A stretch of 64,000 nucleotides of DNA from Octopus sinensis. Its lineage: Eukaryota. A model generated the notes under the pieces. The model worked only from the letters and a program-made list of their open reading frames with translations. It had not been told where the DNA came from and ran no database searches. The stretch is taken from assembly GCF_006345805.1 (NCBI RefSeq), contig NC_043010.1:38874001-38938000 (forward strand), written 5' to 3'. This document shows, piece after piece, positions 12,968-26,466 of the stretch (position 1 is the stretch's first letter; every line of letters begins with the position of its first letter). The position numbers and the translations under genes are program-made.

Positions 12968-13778
12968 TATTTCTATATTGCCTAAAAAGGGATAAACATA
13001 AAGAGGACAAACAAGGACAGACAAGGGATTAAGTCGATTACACCGACCCCAGTGCGTAACTGGTACTTATTTAATCGACTCCGAAAGGATGAAAGGCAAT
13101 GTCGACCTCGGCGGAATTTGAACTCAGAAGGTAGCGGCAGGCGAAATACCGCTAAGTATTTCGCCCGGCGTGCTGACGTTTTTGACAGCTCGCCGCCTTG
13201 TGAAACAGAAATATTCTTTTCTTTTCTTCTCTAGGCACAAAGCCCGAACATTTTTTGTTGTTGTTGGGTAATCGATCAGATCGACCCCAGTACACAGCTG
13301 ATGCTTAATTCATCGACCCCTAAAGGATAAAAGGCAAAGTCAACCTCGGTGGAAATTGAACGTTTCTGCTAGGTCGTCGTCGTCTTGAGAAACATAAATA
13401 TTATTTTCTACTCAAGGCATAAGACTCGAAATTTTGGGCGAGGATGCCAGTCAATTACATCGACCCAGCTTGCAACTGGTACTTAATTTAGGGACCCCGA
13501 AAGGCCCGGCGTGCTAACGTTTCTGCCAACACACCGGCTTGAGATGCAAAATTGTTTTTTCTTTTCTTATCTTCGCACAAGGCCCGAATTTTTTTTTTTT
13601 TGGTGGTGGAAGTCGATTAGATCGACCCCAGTATGCAACTGGTACTTAATTAATCGACCCCGAAAGGATAAAAGGCAAAGTCAACCTCGGCGGAAATAGA
13701 ACCCAGAACGTAAAAACGGACGAAATACCGCTAAGAATTTCACCCGCAGGGTAAAAGTTTCTGCCAGCTGGTCGCCGT
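12968..13778 (-). mobile_element. Head-to-tail array of four Meta-like SINE copies
   Basis: Four same-orientation copies of the atcgacccc...aaagg(ataaaaggcaaagtcaacctcgg) core, variably deleted, separated by related ~25-bp spacers. Confidence 0.85.
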
Positions 13779-14984
13779 AGGAAACGTAAATAATACCTGT
13801 CTAATATATAAGGTAAGTGCAGATATATTACCTGCATAATCAAATAAAACAAATTAAAACAAAATAATTTAAAAGTGAAGGAAGGTTAAAAAATGATCAG
13901 GTTGTATTGCAAAGGTATAAGTGTTATTTTTATTGAAATAATAACCGAAAAGAAGAGAAACAGGAAATTCGTATTAGTGGGTATTTAATGATAAGTCAGT
14001 GTGTTTATATTTTAGCTATATCGTCTCTGAATATACATGTATTTGTTTGTACTTTATTGTATTTGTATCTGGGTGGGTATGCTTGTGTGTTCATATGCAT
14101 ATGTTTTGAACATTTTAGTTAATATTTGTTGGAGGAATGTTAAAGTTGTACAGTTAAAAGCTTACTCGTATAAAAGTTTCAGGTTAAATTCCCCCAGAAA
14201 AGCATTTAATGTTCTTTATCAATCTATTAAATATTCGACAGTATATTTTGTTGCAGTTTGTTTAAGTAATTTCATTACTGATGTACACGAGTTTTGTGCG
14301 CTATTGTATGTGAGGCTGCGTGTGCAGCTGAGAATATTTGCTTAAAATTAAATATTTGTCGGTATTGACTTTTATACGACATAATAGTATACTAAAAGAG
14401 AGATTGAATATTTATGTTTAAAGTTTCTCAACTAAGTTCATAACAGTATAATGAAATAAAACATATGCAGAGAGAGAGAGAGAGAGAGAAAAAGAAATAT
14501 AAACACCCACACACATATCTATGTGTACGTAGATATATATATATATATATATTATATTTATATATGTATATGCATGTATGTATATTTTCATATATGTAAG
14601 TATGTATGTGGGTGTATATGTATATATGTATATATATGTGTGTGTATGCGTTTATGTATATATATATAAACATATATATATATATACATATATATATATA
14701 ATATATATATATATGATTTTATACACTATTGCTGCTGTATATAAACAAAGCGTAGGTTCACATATCGTTGTCTGTTGAAGTGCAATGAAATACAACAAAT
14801 AAAGTAAAACTACCTATGCTAACTCATTCTGTCTTACGTTAAAACTTTCCGATACAACACATATAAACAAGAACAGAACATAATTATAACTATAAAAGTA
14901 TTTGATGTGTCCAACTAGAAACGTGCAATATATGCACAACAGAATGATATGAAACGTTATTCTGCAAACTAAATTTATTTAAAT

Positions 14985-15125
14985 ATTCTTTTATTCTTTT
15001 ATACTTTTACTTGTTTCAGTCATTTGAATGCGGCAATGCTGTAGCACCGCCTTTTTAGTCGAGTTGAGGAATTATTCTTTGTATGCCTAGTACTTATTTT
15101 ATCGGTCACTTTTGCTGAAACGCTA
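14985..15125 (-). mobile_element. SINE 3' fragment (CORE-like family with aaaagag tail)
   Basis: ttttacttgtttcagtcatttgaatgcggcaatgctgtagcaccgcc is the reverse complement of the tail of the full copy at 38348-38737. Confidence 0.8.
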
Positions 15126-15171
15126 TTCTACAGGGACCTAAGCACTCCACCACTGGTTATGTACATGTGTG

Positions 15172-15484
15172 TGCATGGGCAAGTGTCTTCGACTATAGCC
15201 TCGGGCCGACCGAAGCATTGTGAGTGGATTTGGCAGACGGAAACTGAAAGAAGCCCATCGTATATATATATATATATATATATATATGCATATGTTTGTG
15301 GGTCGCTTGACAACCGATGTTGGTGTATTTACCTCCCCGTAACTTAGCGGTTCGGGAAATGTTAGCGACAGAATAACTACCACACTTACAAAGAATAAGT
15401 TTTGGGGTCGATTTATTCGACTAAAGGCGGTGCTCCAGCATGGACGCAGAGAAAGACTGAAACAAATTAAAAAATAAAAGAATA
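15172..15484 (+). mobile_element. 5'-truncated SINE of the same family
   Basis: gggcaagtgtcttcgactatagcctcgggccgacc...(TA)n...ggcggtgctccagcatgg...aaaagaata. Confidence 0.85.
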
Positions 15485-15509
15485 TACATATATATAATAT
15501 GTGTATGTG

Positions 15510-15760
15510 AAGGCGCATAGCTTAGTAGTTAACGGGTGTTGGCCTATGATCGTAAGGTCGTGAGTTCAATTCTCGGTGACGCGTTGTGTCCTTGAGCAAG
15601 ACACTTTATTTCAAGTTAATCAGCAGGTAAAAATGAGTGATATCCGTATTTGGAAGGGCCAGCCTTGTTACACTCTGTGTCATGCTGAATCTACCTGAGA
15701 ACTACTTTAAATGTACGCGTGTATCAGATGGAACTCTCGTCGTCGCAACCAACTAAGTAC
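15510..15760 (+). mobile_element. tRNA-headed CORE-like SINE
   Basis: ggcgcatagcttagtagtt...gtgagttcaattc...gtgtccttgagcaagacactttat. Confidence 0.8.
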
Positions 15761-15772
15761 CACTATGTATGT

Positions 15773-15811
<39 letters not shown>

Positions 15812-15893
15812 ATATAAAGTTGAAAATATTCGAGTTTCGTATGTCTGCATTAGGACACGTATATAAGTTTCGATTTATGCGCGTATAATTATT

Positions 15894-15894
<1 letters not shown>

Positions 15895-15937
<43 letters not shown>

Positions 15938-15977
15938 ATATCTATCTATTTATCTATCTATCTGTCTACCTAACTAT

Positions 15978-16008
<31 letters not shown>

Positions 16009-16150
16009 CCTACCTAACTATCCATGTATCTATCTACCTATCTATCTACTTACCTACCTACCTACCTACCTACCTATCCTATCTATCTACCTACCTAACT
16101 ATCTATGTATCTATCTACCTATCTATCTATGTATGTATGTATCTATCTAT
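15895..16150. repeat. (TCTA)n/(CCTA)n microsatellite
   Basis: Direct reading. Confidence 0.95.
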
Positions 16151-16944
16151 ATATATATATAGATATACACACACACATAAATTCATATCTATTTGTCAAC
16201 TACATAAAAATGAATTAATACATAGTTATATGCATGCGTATCTGTATGTACGTATATACACATAAATACATATATAACGATGGATACATATGTGGACATT
16301 TATGATTTTTATGGCAACTGACATCCAAATCAACAAAACTAACAAGGGTAAGTCCTCACCGAGAAATGTTAATGCATATACACAGAATCAACCATGCGAT
16401 TCAAAGAAAAAAAATACATGATGCAGAAAGTAACTCTGGTAAACCAGACCGTATCATAAAGCGGAAACACGGTATTAATAATGCGAAAAGTATTTTTAAG
16501 GAACCTTTATTCAGCTAGACATCATTTATGAGAAGCAGTATAAAGTAGAATGCCGCATCATGCGTTACATCTGGTATTTAAGAGAATTTACGTTTTACTG
16601 ATATGCTAAATGGAAAAAATTCTGTTCAGTGTTAGGTCAGATATCAATGTCACAAAACTTGTTTAATTTATGAAGGGCAGGAAAGAGACTGGTTTCGAAT
16701 AACATTAAGAAGTCAGTAAGTTTTCCTAAATATAAGGTCAGAATATATTCAGAGATGCCGCAAGTCCGACACTTACCTGCTAAATGTTTGGAAATGTAGA
16801 CCAGCACCAAAATAATAAGGTTATTAACAATGAATAATCATAAACTTATTCTATAACTATCGATAAGTCTCATTTCATTCTGGTGTTTTATCTCTTGTTA
16901 ATTAAAAAAATTTCCCTTTATATACCCAGACGTAACTGTACAGT

Positions 16945-17102
16945 AAGAAGTATGCTTCCCAACCACATGGTTCTTGGTTCAGTCCCACCGCGTGGCACCT
17001 CGGCAAAGTGTGCTCTAGTATAGCTGCGGGCCGACCAAAACTTTGTAAGTGTATTTGGTTGATGGAAACTGAAAGAAGTCCACCCTTTTCATATATATAT
17101 AT

Positions 17103-17175
<73 letters not shown>

Positions 17176-17375
17176 ATATATGTATCTTACTTGCCTGTGT
17201 CTTTGTGCCTGCGCTTGTCCCTCACCACAGCTTAACAACTGGCGTTGGTGTGCTGACGTTCCCGTAACGTAGCGGTTCGACAAAATGGAACGATGGAATA
17301 AGTACCAGGCTTAAAAGCATATAAGTACTGGAATCGATTTTGTTCATTAAAAATCCTTATGACTGAAACAAAGAA
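16945..17375 (+). mobile_element. tRNA-headed CORE-like SINE with internal (TA)n
   Basis: cccaaccacatggttcttggttcagtcccaccgcgtggcacc...ggaaactgaaagaag...(TA)n...gactgaaacaaagaaat; homologous to 38348-38737. Confidence 0.85.
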
Positions 17376-17623
17376 ATGATAAAAGATATCACAATACACA
17401 TAAGAATATTTTTAAAATACGTTAAAACAGGCTCGATTCTAGTAATTGTCTGCACAATAGAAAATCTCAGAAATCTTGCTCGGCCAATCTCTCTATCTTT
17501 CACTCTCTCCTTCCACTTATCTATCTACGTACATGTATACAAACAATGTATAATTGTTTATAGCGAAAAGAAAATGTAAATATGGTAACTTTTGAAGCAT
17601 GTTCATCACCTGATGAGACTTAC

Positions 17624-17872
17624 AGCTCTGTTATCATTGTATCTGATGTCATCACATGGTCTCACACCCACAAAGGAACAGTGCAGAATAAAGACAAAAC
17701 GATTGCTGTGCTGATGGAGTTTCTTGTTACACACCGTCTTTCGTATCAACCATGTAAAAATATACCGTACGCGTTTCCCAGAATTCCGAACGCAGATCCA
17801 GTGACGAATACGCAAGAATACCGATGCAGCCTGGTAGCCATAAGTGGTGAACGTGCTCTGCAGGTACATTAC
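17624..17872. CDS. Candidate isolated coding exon, strand unresolved, product unknown
   Basis: Non-repetitive, GC-elevated block open in register on both strands. Minus reading: ttccag|...|gtaagt, 249 nt (83 codons). Plus reading: ttacag|17626-17863|gtacat. No family recognised. Confidence 0.25.
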
Positions 17873-17963
17873 CTGGAACTTACAATGAAACAACGTTTAG
17901 GTACTACATTTAGGGCCTTCTCCTTTCTAAACCCTAATCTTTTAATTTTAAATTTTACTTGTA

Positions 17964-18038
<75 letters not shown>

Positions 18039-18053
18039 ATATATGTGTGTGTG

Positions 18054-18111
<58 letters not shown>

Positions 18112-19009
18112 CATTTATATATACATATATAAACATATATAATGCACATACATATAATATGTGTGTATGTGTTGTGTGTATGTTTATGTGTGAGTGTGTG
18201 TGTGTGAGCATTATACTCTCTCTCACACACACATACTAGTAAATGAATACACTGAAATGACGTCTTTAGAAATAAAAAAGAATATGTGCAATTCAGAGCG
18301 ATTAATTAACTGAAACTTAGAAACAATATATAAAAATTAGAAATCTAGTTACATTGAATTATGATATCTGCAGTCAGAACCCAACTGTCCGACAACATGT
18401 TCCTGCTAGTCAAAAATACATTACTGGGTAATAAAGATTTATAACAGATATGCCAAATATATACAAGTTAGACGATGAGAATTTATATGCCGTACGAATT
18501 TTCGATAACGCACGGAAGAAAAAACAAGAAACGTCTAATTCAGCTTAAAAGCTGTTTACGGTGAAAAATAAACACAATTGCTAAAGATCTATAACAACAA
18601 TAATCAATAAAGAAAATACAGAAGTGATCGATATTGTTCTAATTATATATTTTGCGTGCAAATTACTTAACAAGAGTGCGTGGAGAGCCATGATAAATGA
18701 GATTACCAAAAAAATCCTTTAAATCATGTCCATCTCCTCTCTGCGTACATCTAATCTACATAAATAAAAAGTATCCTTGTCTTTATAAGATGGTCAAGCG
18801 TGATGTGAGAAATATACGTAGCTATTTATAGCAATGCAAACAACAATGAGGTGGCCCCCACATTTCGGTAGCCTGCACTTTTATGATGTTGCTATTTAAC
18901 TTTAGCAAATGTTAACCCGTATTGAGCGGACGTAACATCAATAGCGCTCATTCTTACTACAGCAATCCACTTTTTTATATCCGTATGTTTTCATCGCATT
19001 CTCTAATAT

Positions 19010-19290
19010 GTTTGTTCCTTCTAGAGCCACGCCTAACTAATAGGGCCTGTTTCCCGGTTTCCTTGGCGTATAGGTTCCTCACCTGGACGGGACGCCGGTT
19101 TGTTGCAGGTGCGCTGCAAGATGCAGGAGGAAAGAGTGAGAGAAAGTTGTGGCGAAATAGTCAGCAGAAGTTCGCCATTACCTTCTGCCGGAGCTGCGTG
19201 GAGCTCATAAATACACACATCGCTGAGATTCGAACCAGCGATCCCTCGACCGCGAATCCGCTGCTCTAACCACTCGGCCATGTGCCTCCA
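19010..19290 (-). mobile_element. tRNA-headed SINE (family of 25330 and 49943)
   Basis: Reverse complement ggaggcacatggccgagtggttagagcagcggattcgcggtcgagggatcgctggttcgaatc. Confidence 0.8.
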
Positions 19291-19326
19291 CATTCTCTTA
19301 TATGCCATCTCATTATTTAAGACTAG

Positions 19327-19549
19327 AAGGTTGTGATCTGGCAGAATCGTTAGCACACGGGGCAAAATGCTTCGCGGTGTTTCGTCCGTTTTAACATTCT
19401 CAGTTCAAATTCCGCTGAGTTCGACTTTGCCTTTTAACCTTTCGGAGTCGATAAATTAAGTACCAGTGAAACACTGGGGCCAATGTAATGGACTTACCGC
19501 ACCCCCACAAAAATTTTAGGTCTTGTGCCTACAGTAGAAAGGATTATTT
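19327..19549 (+). mobile_element. Meta-like SINE
   Basis: ctggcagaatcgttagcac...gttcaaattccgctgagttcgactttgccttttaacctttcggagtcgataaattaagtacc. Confidence 0.85.
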
Positions 19550-19780
19550 AGGGCTAGTATGTCATGAGGAAGTTGAAGCTGCTATTTCTAGTAGGTCGAG
19601 GGACTAGAAAAATCCTACTCATTGGATGGTGATGGCTTAATGCTTTTCGTTATGTCGATCGTATGTTAGCAGATTGTTATCTTAATGTTATTCAGTTATT
19701 TTCTTGCGCGCCGCTTTTCATCTATCACCATTTTCACAAATGAGCAACAGTTTCGATTATATGTTTCAATTACGTTTTCA

Positions 19781-19869
<89 letters not shown>

Positions 19870-22172
19870 CCTAGCTAGCTATCGTCAATCTATATACAAA
19901 TGTATACATAGGTGTTTATACATGGATGTGTGTGATTGCATGCGTGCGTATGTTTGCAAATGAGTGTGTATAAGGTTATAATTTAGCGTCAGGTACGCAC
20001 TTATGAGAAATAATATTTTATTCTATTTCACTTTTCATTTTTATCGATTTTCCTTATATATACATATTATAATTTCACATTTAACATGAACATTACATGA
20101 GCAAAATAACCTACAAATAATTTTGTTTCCGTTTATCACACGATTCCCTATAGATTAGTATCACTATTATATGTTTTTATAAAAATGAAAACAAAAAAGA
20201 AAAAGGAAATGAAAGCAATAGCATATAATAAAACAATAACCACTACTTTCAGAAACTCTGGAACATGGGGAGTAATTGTATATAATTATTTAGCGTCATA
20301 TCTATGTGTTCTAACATGAAACTTCACTGAGGTCAACTTTGTCTTTCATCTTTCCTCGCGCTTATTTTATCTGCCTGAAACTGTTAATATGTTGATATGC
20401 AAATGATCACCCAGTGTTCACAAAGACATGTTATCCAAAATATTCTGGCATAATTCAAATATCCTACCCCGCCCTAAAATAAAGAAAAATATTTAAAAGA
20501 ACCTAAAAATAAAAGACAAACACATTATTTATTCTTCAACAATGTTCTGGAGTAGACAGACACAAAATGCTAAAGCTCACAGCTAAATGCACAGCATTTT
20601 CCATCGCCCTTTGAGTTCAATATGTTACATATTCTTTCATATATGGAGCATATGGCTCATGCTTTTATGTATCATAACGCTAACTTTTTAGGTATCATAG
20701 TGTTCACGTGTTTGAGTTTGAATATTCTACTAAATATTTCCGATATGTAAAAAAAGTGAGCTTTGTGATATATAAAAGCGTGAGCCATTTGATCTATAAA
20801 TGAGAGAATACGTAGCATATTAAACCCAAAGGGCAATGGAAAATACTGTGTATTTAGCGGTGAACGAGGTTTAACATTTTCTAAATTGGATATTTCTGGA
20901 GTTTTTAATATACTTTACACTATTTGATCTCCATATAACCACCTTCAAACAGATTATAAACCCTTCCTATTATCAGTGATGGAGTGTTCATTATTTGCTG
21001 GTGTGAATTTCACTACCAGAAAGATATACAAAGACTAACTATTGATGGCAGATACAATATTTCTATATTACCTGACATTGTGAGTGTGTGGGACTTCATT
21101 TTAGCTGAATCGTTCCGCATGCTAAAATAGTACGCTGGGGAAATATATATATATTTGCTCCAGAAGTTTTGTCTGAACTATCAAAAAGCGCTATAACAAA
21201 TCAATGAGAACTATATATAGTGGTTTGGTTCTGCTAATATTAGAAGTGAAATCTTGAAATAGTATGCTCTGATTTAAAACAAAGTGGCATCCAATTGAGT
21301 AGGTCTAGCATTGTTTGAATTGCCGACATGTTTGTCAATAACGTTAATAACGGAAGTAGGATGCACAATGGAGTTAATCTTTGAGGTAAAACTAACGGTA
21401 TCCGAAAAATGTTGTCTCTGAATAAAAGAGAGGATGGCCATGAATAGTTTGCATTTGATCATAGTTCTAATTGGTCAAAGTTCCTCATCAGTTAATCAAC
21501 ACTAATATCATGTTCGTAGAAATGTGATAGCAAGGAAAATTTCTTAATTTCACAACTTCTGAATCTAGCGAAAGTTTTACGTCATCAATTGTTTAGCATT
21601 TAAAATAGAAGGACGACAACAGCAAAACCAAAACCTACAGCAACACCAACCGCAAAACAAAAGAGGCATGGGGATTAATATTACGGCAATGGAAATACAT
21701 TAAGGTTTAGAAGAGAGTGGAGGGAGTAAATCGCAGAAATAAAAAATGGAGGAAATACAAAAATGAGATCTAACGTAGGAGGTGGTTGGATACATATAGA
21801 ATGATAATACAGAAGGAACAACTTCTATATATTGTCTTAAGGCCAGCAAATAGGAAACGTGAAAAGCTGTAGTGTACAAAAAATCGAGCTTGTTTTCAAA
21901 TTATAGACATATTAAACATCAGTTTACAATAGTTTTAATTTCTCTTCCAATATAACTTTTAAGAAATGAAACATTCGGAATAACAATATGAAATATGAAT
22001 TCGAATTGCTTTTAGTTTCATTTATTTACTTCCTGAATATATATACTTTACACACACACAAACATGCACCTACGCACATATATCTGTGTATATATTTATG
22101 TGCATGCATATGTATATTACATACATAATTACATCTACATAATACAACATATCATATATATATATATATAAT

Positions 22173-22237
<65 letters not shown>

Positions 22238-23042
22238 AATATATGCATGTATACATATATAAGTTTATATACATATATTCATATGTATATAGATATATAT
22301 AAATAATTACGGATGTATGAATTATATAATTTGGAATGCACACAACCACATATGCCTACATATGCAAGGAACGCGTGAAAAGCGAGAAGGAGCTAGGGAG
22401 AAGAATAGATGAACTTTGAACAAAAGGTAACTAATTAGTGGAATGTAGAGCCTTTAACATTTTAATCATTTGTTACATATTCATTTCATCAATTTTCCTA
22501 TTAGTAGTTTCGCGCTCCGATGCCTCTTGGGGTCATATCTTTGAAGCCTCCTCTATTGTTCAAGGCAAAATGGCGACAGGAGTTTTCCCCTGTTGTGTTT
22601 GAACTATTTTATACTTGGTCTCTCTGCGTCATTATTCTGTTTACATAAAGGTTTGAGCTCGTTCTTTCAGTTGCTTTGTTTGTTTTGCTGTTTTCATGTT
22701 TTCACCGACCCTTTTCTTAGTTCAGTGGCTGCGTAAGCTGATACGTAATCACTTTAACTTACTGAAATACGTGGGTATGATATATATGTGTATGTGTGTG
22801 TGTGTATGTGTGTATATATGTGTATGTGAGTATATATATGTGTGAATGTATATGTATATATATATATATTTATATAAATTGGCATATATATATATAGACA
22901 TGCATGTGTGCGTGCATTTATATTATATATATATATATATAATATATATATATATATATAATATATATATATATTATATATATAAATACATATGTATGTA
23001 CATATATATATATTATAATATGCATGTTACGTATGTATGTAT

Positions 23043-23100
<58 letters not shown>

Positions 23101-23619
23101 ATATCCATACACATAATACATATGCATACTCACACACACATGGAAATAGAAATGCGTTCGTGAGTGTATTCAGATCATAACGACTGAAGCAATGAACCCT
23201 CAGTTTTTGAAGAAAGGGAACTCACTGACGTAATTACTCTGTTATTCATTAATGCTAATTCCATACAAGAAACACTAATGGAGAGACATGAAAGCCTACA
23301 TATAAAGGGAATATTGTATAAACAGAATACTATTAATTTACAAGAAACATGTATGCGTGCTGAAAGTTCATTTTTCATTGATCTTTGGCATAACTCAGAT
23401 GAATACTTATGGTAATAATATCGGACCTTGAAGGTCATTTGGTTTAATATTTCATGTAACAGTAACTACATGCATAACAGTTTTTCTCCCTGCAATTCCC
23501 ATTCACTATCATTGCACTCAGATGGATTTCTTAATGTAATGAAATTTCCTTATTAATAAATTAATTAATTAACTAATTAATTAATTAATTAATTAATTAA
23601 AAAATGACTTTTTTATTTT

Positions 23620-23870
23620 GTCTTAAGGTCAGCAATTTTGAGGATGGGTTGAAGTCGACAGTATCGACCCCTCTACTCGACTAGTAGTTATTTTATTGAC
23701 ACCGAAGGAATGAAAGGCAAAGTTGGGCTCAACGGAATTTGAACTCAGAACGTAAAGAGTTCAAATTCCTCCGAGGTCGACTTTGCCTTTCATCCTTTTG
23801 GGGTCGATAAATGTAATCCCTTTGTCTGTCCGTGTTTGTCCCCTCTATTTTGGGCAATAAAGAAATAAGA
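23620..23870. mobile_element. Two abutting Meta-like SINE fragments in opposite orientation
   Basis: Minus copy at ~23620-23757 followed directly by plus copy ttcaaattcctccgaggtcgactttgcctttcatcc at ~23760-23868. Confidence 0.8.
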
Positions 23871-24779
23871 TAGTACTCGAAACGGAACAAGGAGTTCAAT
23901 GCCTGTTAAAATTCTTTTGATTTTGATTAAAATGTATTGCCACATCGACAATATATGTCACTGTTCATGGGGTTTTAAGCTTTGTTTCAATACATTCTAA
24001 CGGATCTGTTTTGTCTCTCGACCCTGTGTGTATATATAAGTATGTACGGATGTATGTATGTATGTATGTATGTATGTATGTATGTATGTATGTATGTATG
24101 TATGTATGTATGTATGTATATATGTATGTGTGTGTATGTGTATCTATGCGTGTATCCGTACGTGCCCGCACAATATTTTCATCGGATATCTGCTAAATAT
24201 TCGGCTGATGTTATTTTGATCATTATTTAGCAACTACATTTTCGTTTGTTTTCATTGTATGGTCGATATTGTTACTTCATCCACTTTCTCTAGATTATTT
24301 TTATCCTTTATCAGTCGATTTCATCGTTACATTTGGTTTCACTAAATTGTTATTCTGTTCCAATCAGTAGCAGAGATATTTTATCTGATGCCAATAAATT
24401 ATGTTGTTCCGTTCTCGTGTTTCTTCGAGGTTACTGTATCCGGTGTTTATAAATTGTCATCCGTTTTCATTCAGAAATACGTTGATCAATTTGCTATTCT
24501 TGTTCTGCAGAGGCCGAGATTGCTTTGCTTTAATATGCCTATCCTAGTATCACAGGAGTCTATCAATTTGGCTTCAGCCAGTATAACGAAAGTCTTTAGA
24601 AGAGTGCAGTGTTCAATTCCCATCAACACATGTATCTACAAGGATTTAATATATATGAAATATGTAGGAAATATATATATATACAAGTGAACTGCACTTT
24701 ATTTAAGAAGTGCAGCCTTGGTCGACACCCAGTGTTACGGTATTTCTTCTAAGTAATGATGTTAAGAATCCACGTGCAT

Positions 24780-24879
24780 NNNNNNNNNNNNNNNNNNNNN
24801 NNNNNNNNNNNNNNNNNNNNNNNNNNNNNNNNNNNNNNNNNNNNNNNNNNNNNNNNNNNNNNNNNNNNNNNNNNNNNNN
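24780..24879. other. Assembly gap (100 N)
   Basis: Exactly 100 Ns, i.e. a placeholder of unknown true size. Confidence 1.
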
Positions 24880-25329
24880 CTTACGTTCTCATCTCAATAT
24901 TAGTATTCTGTTTAAAACCACCATCTTGTCTATTTTAACCGAGTTGACTCAGATTCAAATATTCAGCCGGATCACTGATCCGGAGATATAAATATCATCC
25001 TCCCTGAATTGGCAAGGCGCATTTCCTTTTCTTTTCTCAGTTTGATGGTAAAAAAAACTTTGGTCCATCCCTAATCTAACACAGAGGAGCATGTATAAAA
25101 GAAAAGAAATTTTTAGAACAGACAGCAGTTTTATTATAAAGGTAGGACTTAGTTATAGGGTAAAGCCCCAAATAAAGCACCTTTTGTGTCGTGTAGATGG
25201 TTGATTAAAGGAGTAGACATGACATGCTACAAGCCTGTTGTTTCAGATATGTCTTATTTGTCGCTAGTAGAAGACTACCACATACCACAAATGGGTTCGG
25301 GTATGATGAATGTGTTGTTGTTGCTGTTG

Positions 25330-25710
25330 CTGCTGTTGCTGTTGAGCGAACGGTCTTCATCCCAGAGTTCGCAAGATGGGAGAAGTCCGACACGTGGTCC
25401 TTTGATATTCGTAAGACCCGCAGAAGAGACAAGCAGGTCAATCCTCGACACCGAGAGCATCGACGGATGGATGAATACGCATCCAGGCTCAGCGGTTGCG
25501 TAGGAAGTCGGGGACAAGAAACAGGAAGAAAGAGTGAGAGAAAGTTGGAGCGAAAGAGTTCAACAGTGGTCGCTACCACCCCCCTGCCGGAGCCTCGTGG
25601 AGCTTTAGGTGTTTTCGCTCAATAAACACACAACGCTCGGTCTGGGAATCGAAACCGCGATCCTCCGACCGCGAGTCCGCTGCCCTAACCATTGGCCCAT
25701 TGCGCCTCCA
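25330..25710 (-). mobile_element. Full-length tRNA-headed SINE with LINE-like tail ending in (CAA/CAG)n
   Basis: Head ggaggcgcaatgggccaatggttagggcagcggactcgcggtcggaggatcgcggtttcgattccc on the - strand; tail runs into (TTG/CTG)n at ~25315-25345. Confidence 0.85.
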
Positions 25711-25811
25711 CTGTTGTTGCTCTTGTAATGATTTGTCAATTACACTTAGGCAGATTTCTGTCTAAATCTGTGTGTCTGTATATGCATATCTATCTATTTA
25801 TCTATCTATCA

Positions 25812-25890
<79 letters not shown>

Positions 25891-25920
25891 GTGCAACTGA
25901 AAACCCATGTGTATTTTAGG

Positions 25921-26466
25921 TCAGTCGAAAGCAGTTTAGGTATAAACTTGGCATGCACGCGTGTCATGCCCAAATCTTAAGCAATAATGGATTGAAATGA
26001 ACCGGGTCTAATCTGCACAGCCTCTGATAATTCATGGATGGTGATTTGACGATTTCCTGTCACAGATGAACGCACATATGCGATGTTGTTCTTAGTTCTG
26101 CTAGTTGCGGGTCTCCTAGAACTTTCGTCAATAACGATATTTTTCGGCCATTTCACAAAGGTTTGAACGACTCACAAACTTGTGTGAAGCTCACACACTC
26201 CTCTCCATAGACCTTCTGGAACATGGTGTAGGACGCTGAGCAGGTATCGCCATAACAACTTTCTCTATCATGGTCAATGCGACGATCACACGTTACTCAA
26301 CTACGTTCCAAGCACTGCTGTGACCAGCGGAAGTTAGCTAGAATATTAAAACTTAGTGCGTATAAATAGTAGCGCTCAAGGTCAATCTGTACCAAGCGGC
26401 TTTACTCTGTGTACTTTAGCGTCGTTACTATGGCAATAGTCCGGATACTTATTGATCAGAGCTCGT
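25921..26466 (-). mobile_element. Mariner transposon 5' half (TIR plus decayed N-terminal HTH region)
   Basis: Terminus acgagctctgatcaataagtatccggact; decayed translation ..MFQKVYGEECVS...SGRPATSRT..NIAYVRS...NRQITIHEL...DLGMTRVHAKFIPKLLS. Confidence 0.85.

Noticed and set aside
16771-16860. Minus-strand CAG|GTAAGT donor preceded by a hydrophobic peptide
   Set aside because: The hydrophobic frame has a stop just upstream and no in-frame ATG or good acceptor.
17610-17670. CUGAUGA followed by GAC...GUC pairing
   Set aside because: No GAAA after the stem; not a hammerhead. Similar partial hits near 1990, 2990, 11240, 41915 and 45617 were rejected for missing core or stems.
17830-17860. TFTTYGY resembling the K+ channel TxTTVGYG filter, and LVAISGER resembling GPCR TM3
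   Set aside because: Single short motifs on opposite strands, lacking the required flanking residues and helices.
23175-23438. 87-aa minus ORF with an open antisense frame
   Set aside because: No recognisable domain or convincing paired splice sites.
24710-24991. ORFs spanning the N run
   Set aside because: Artefacts of the assembly gap.
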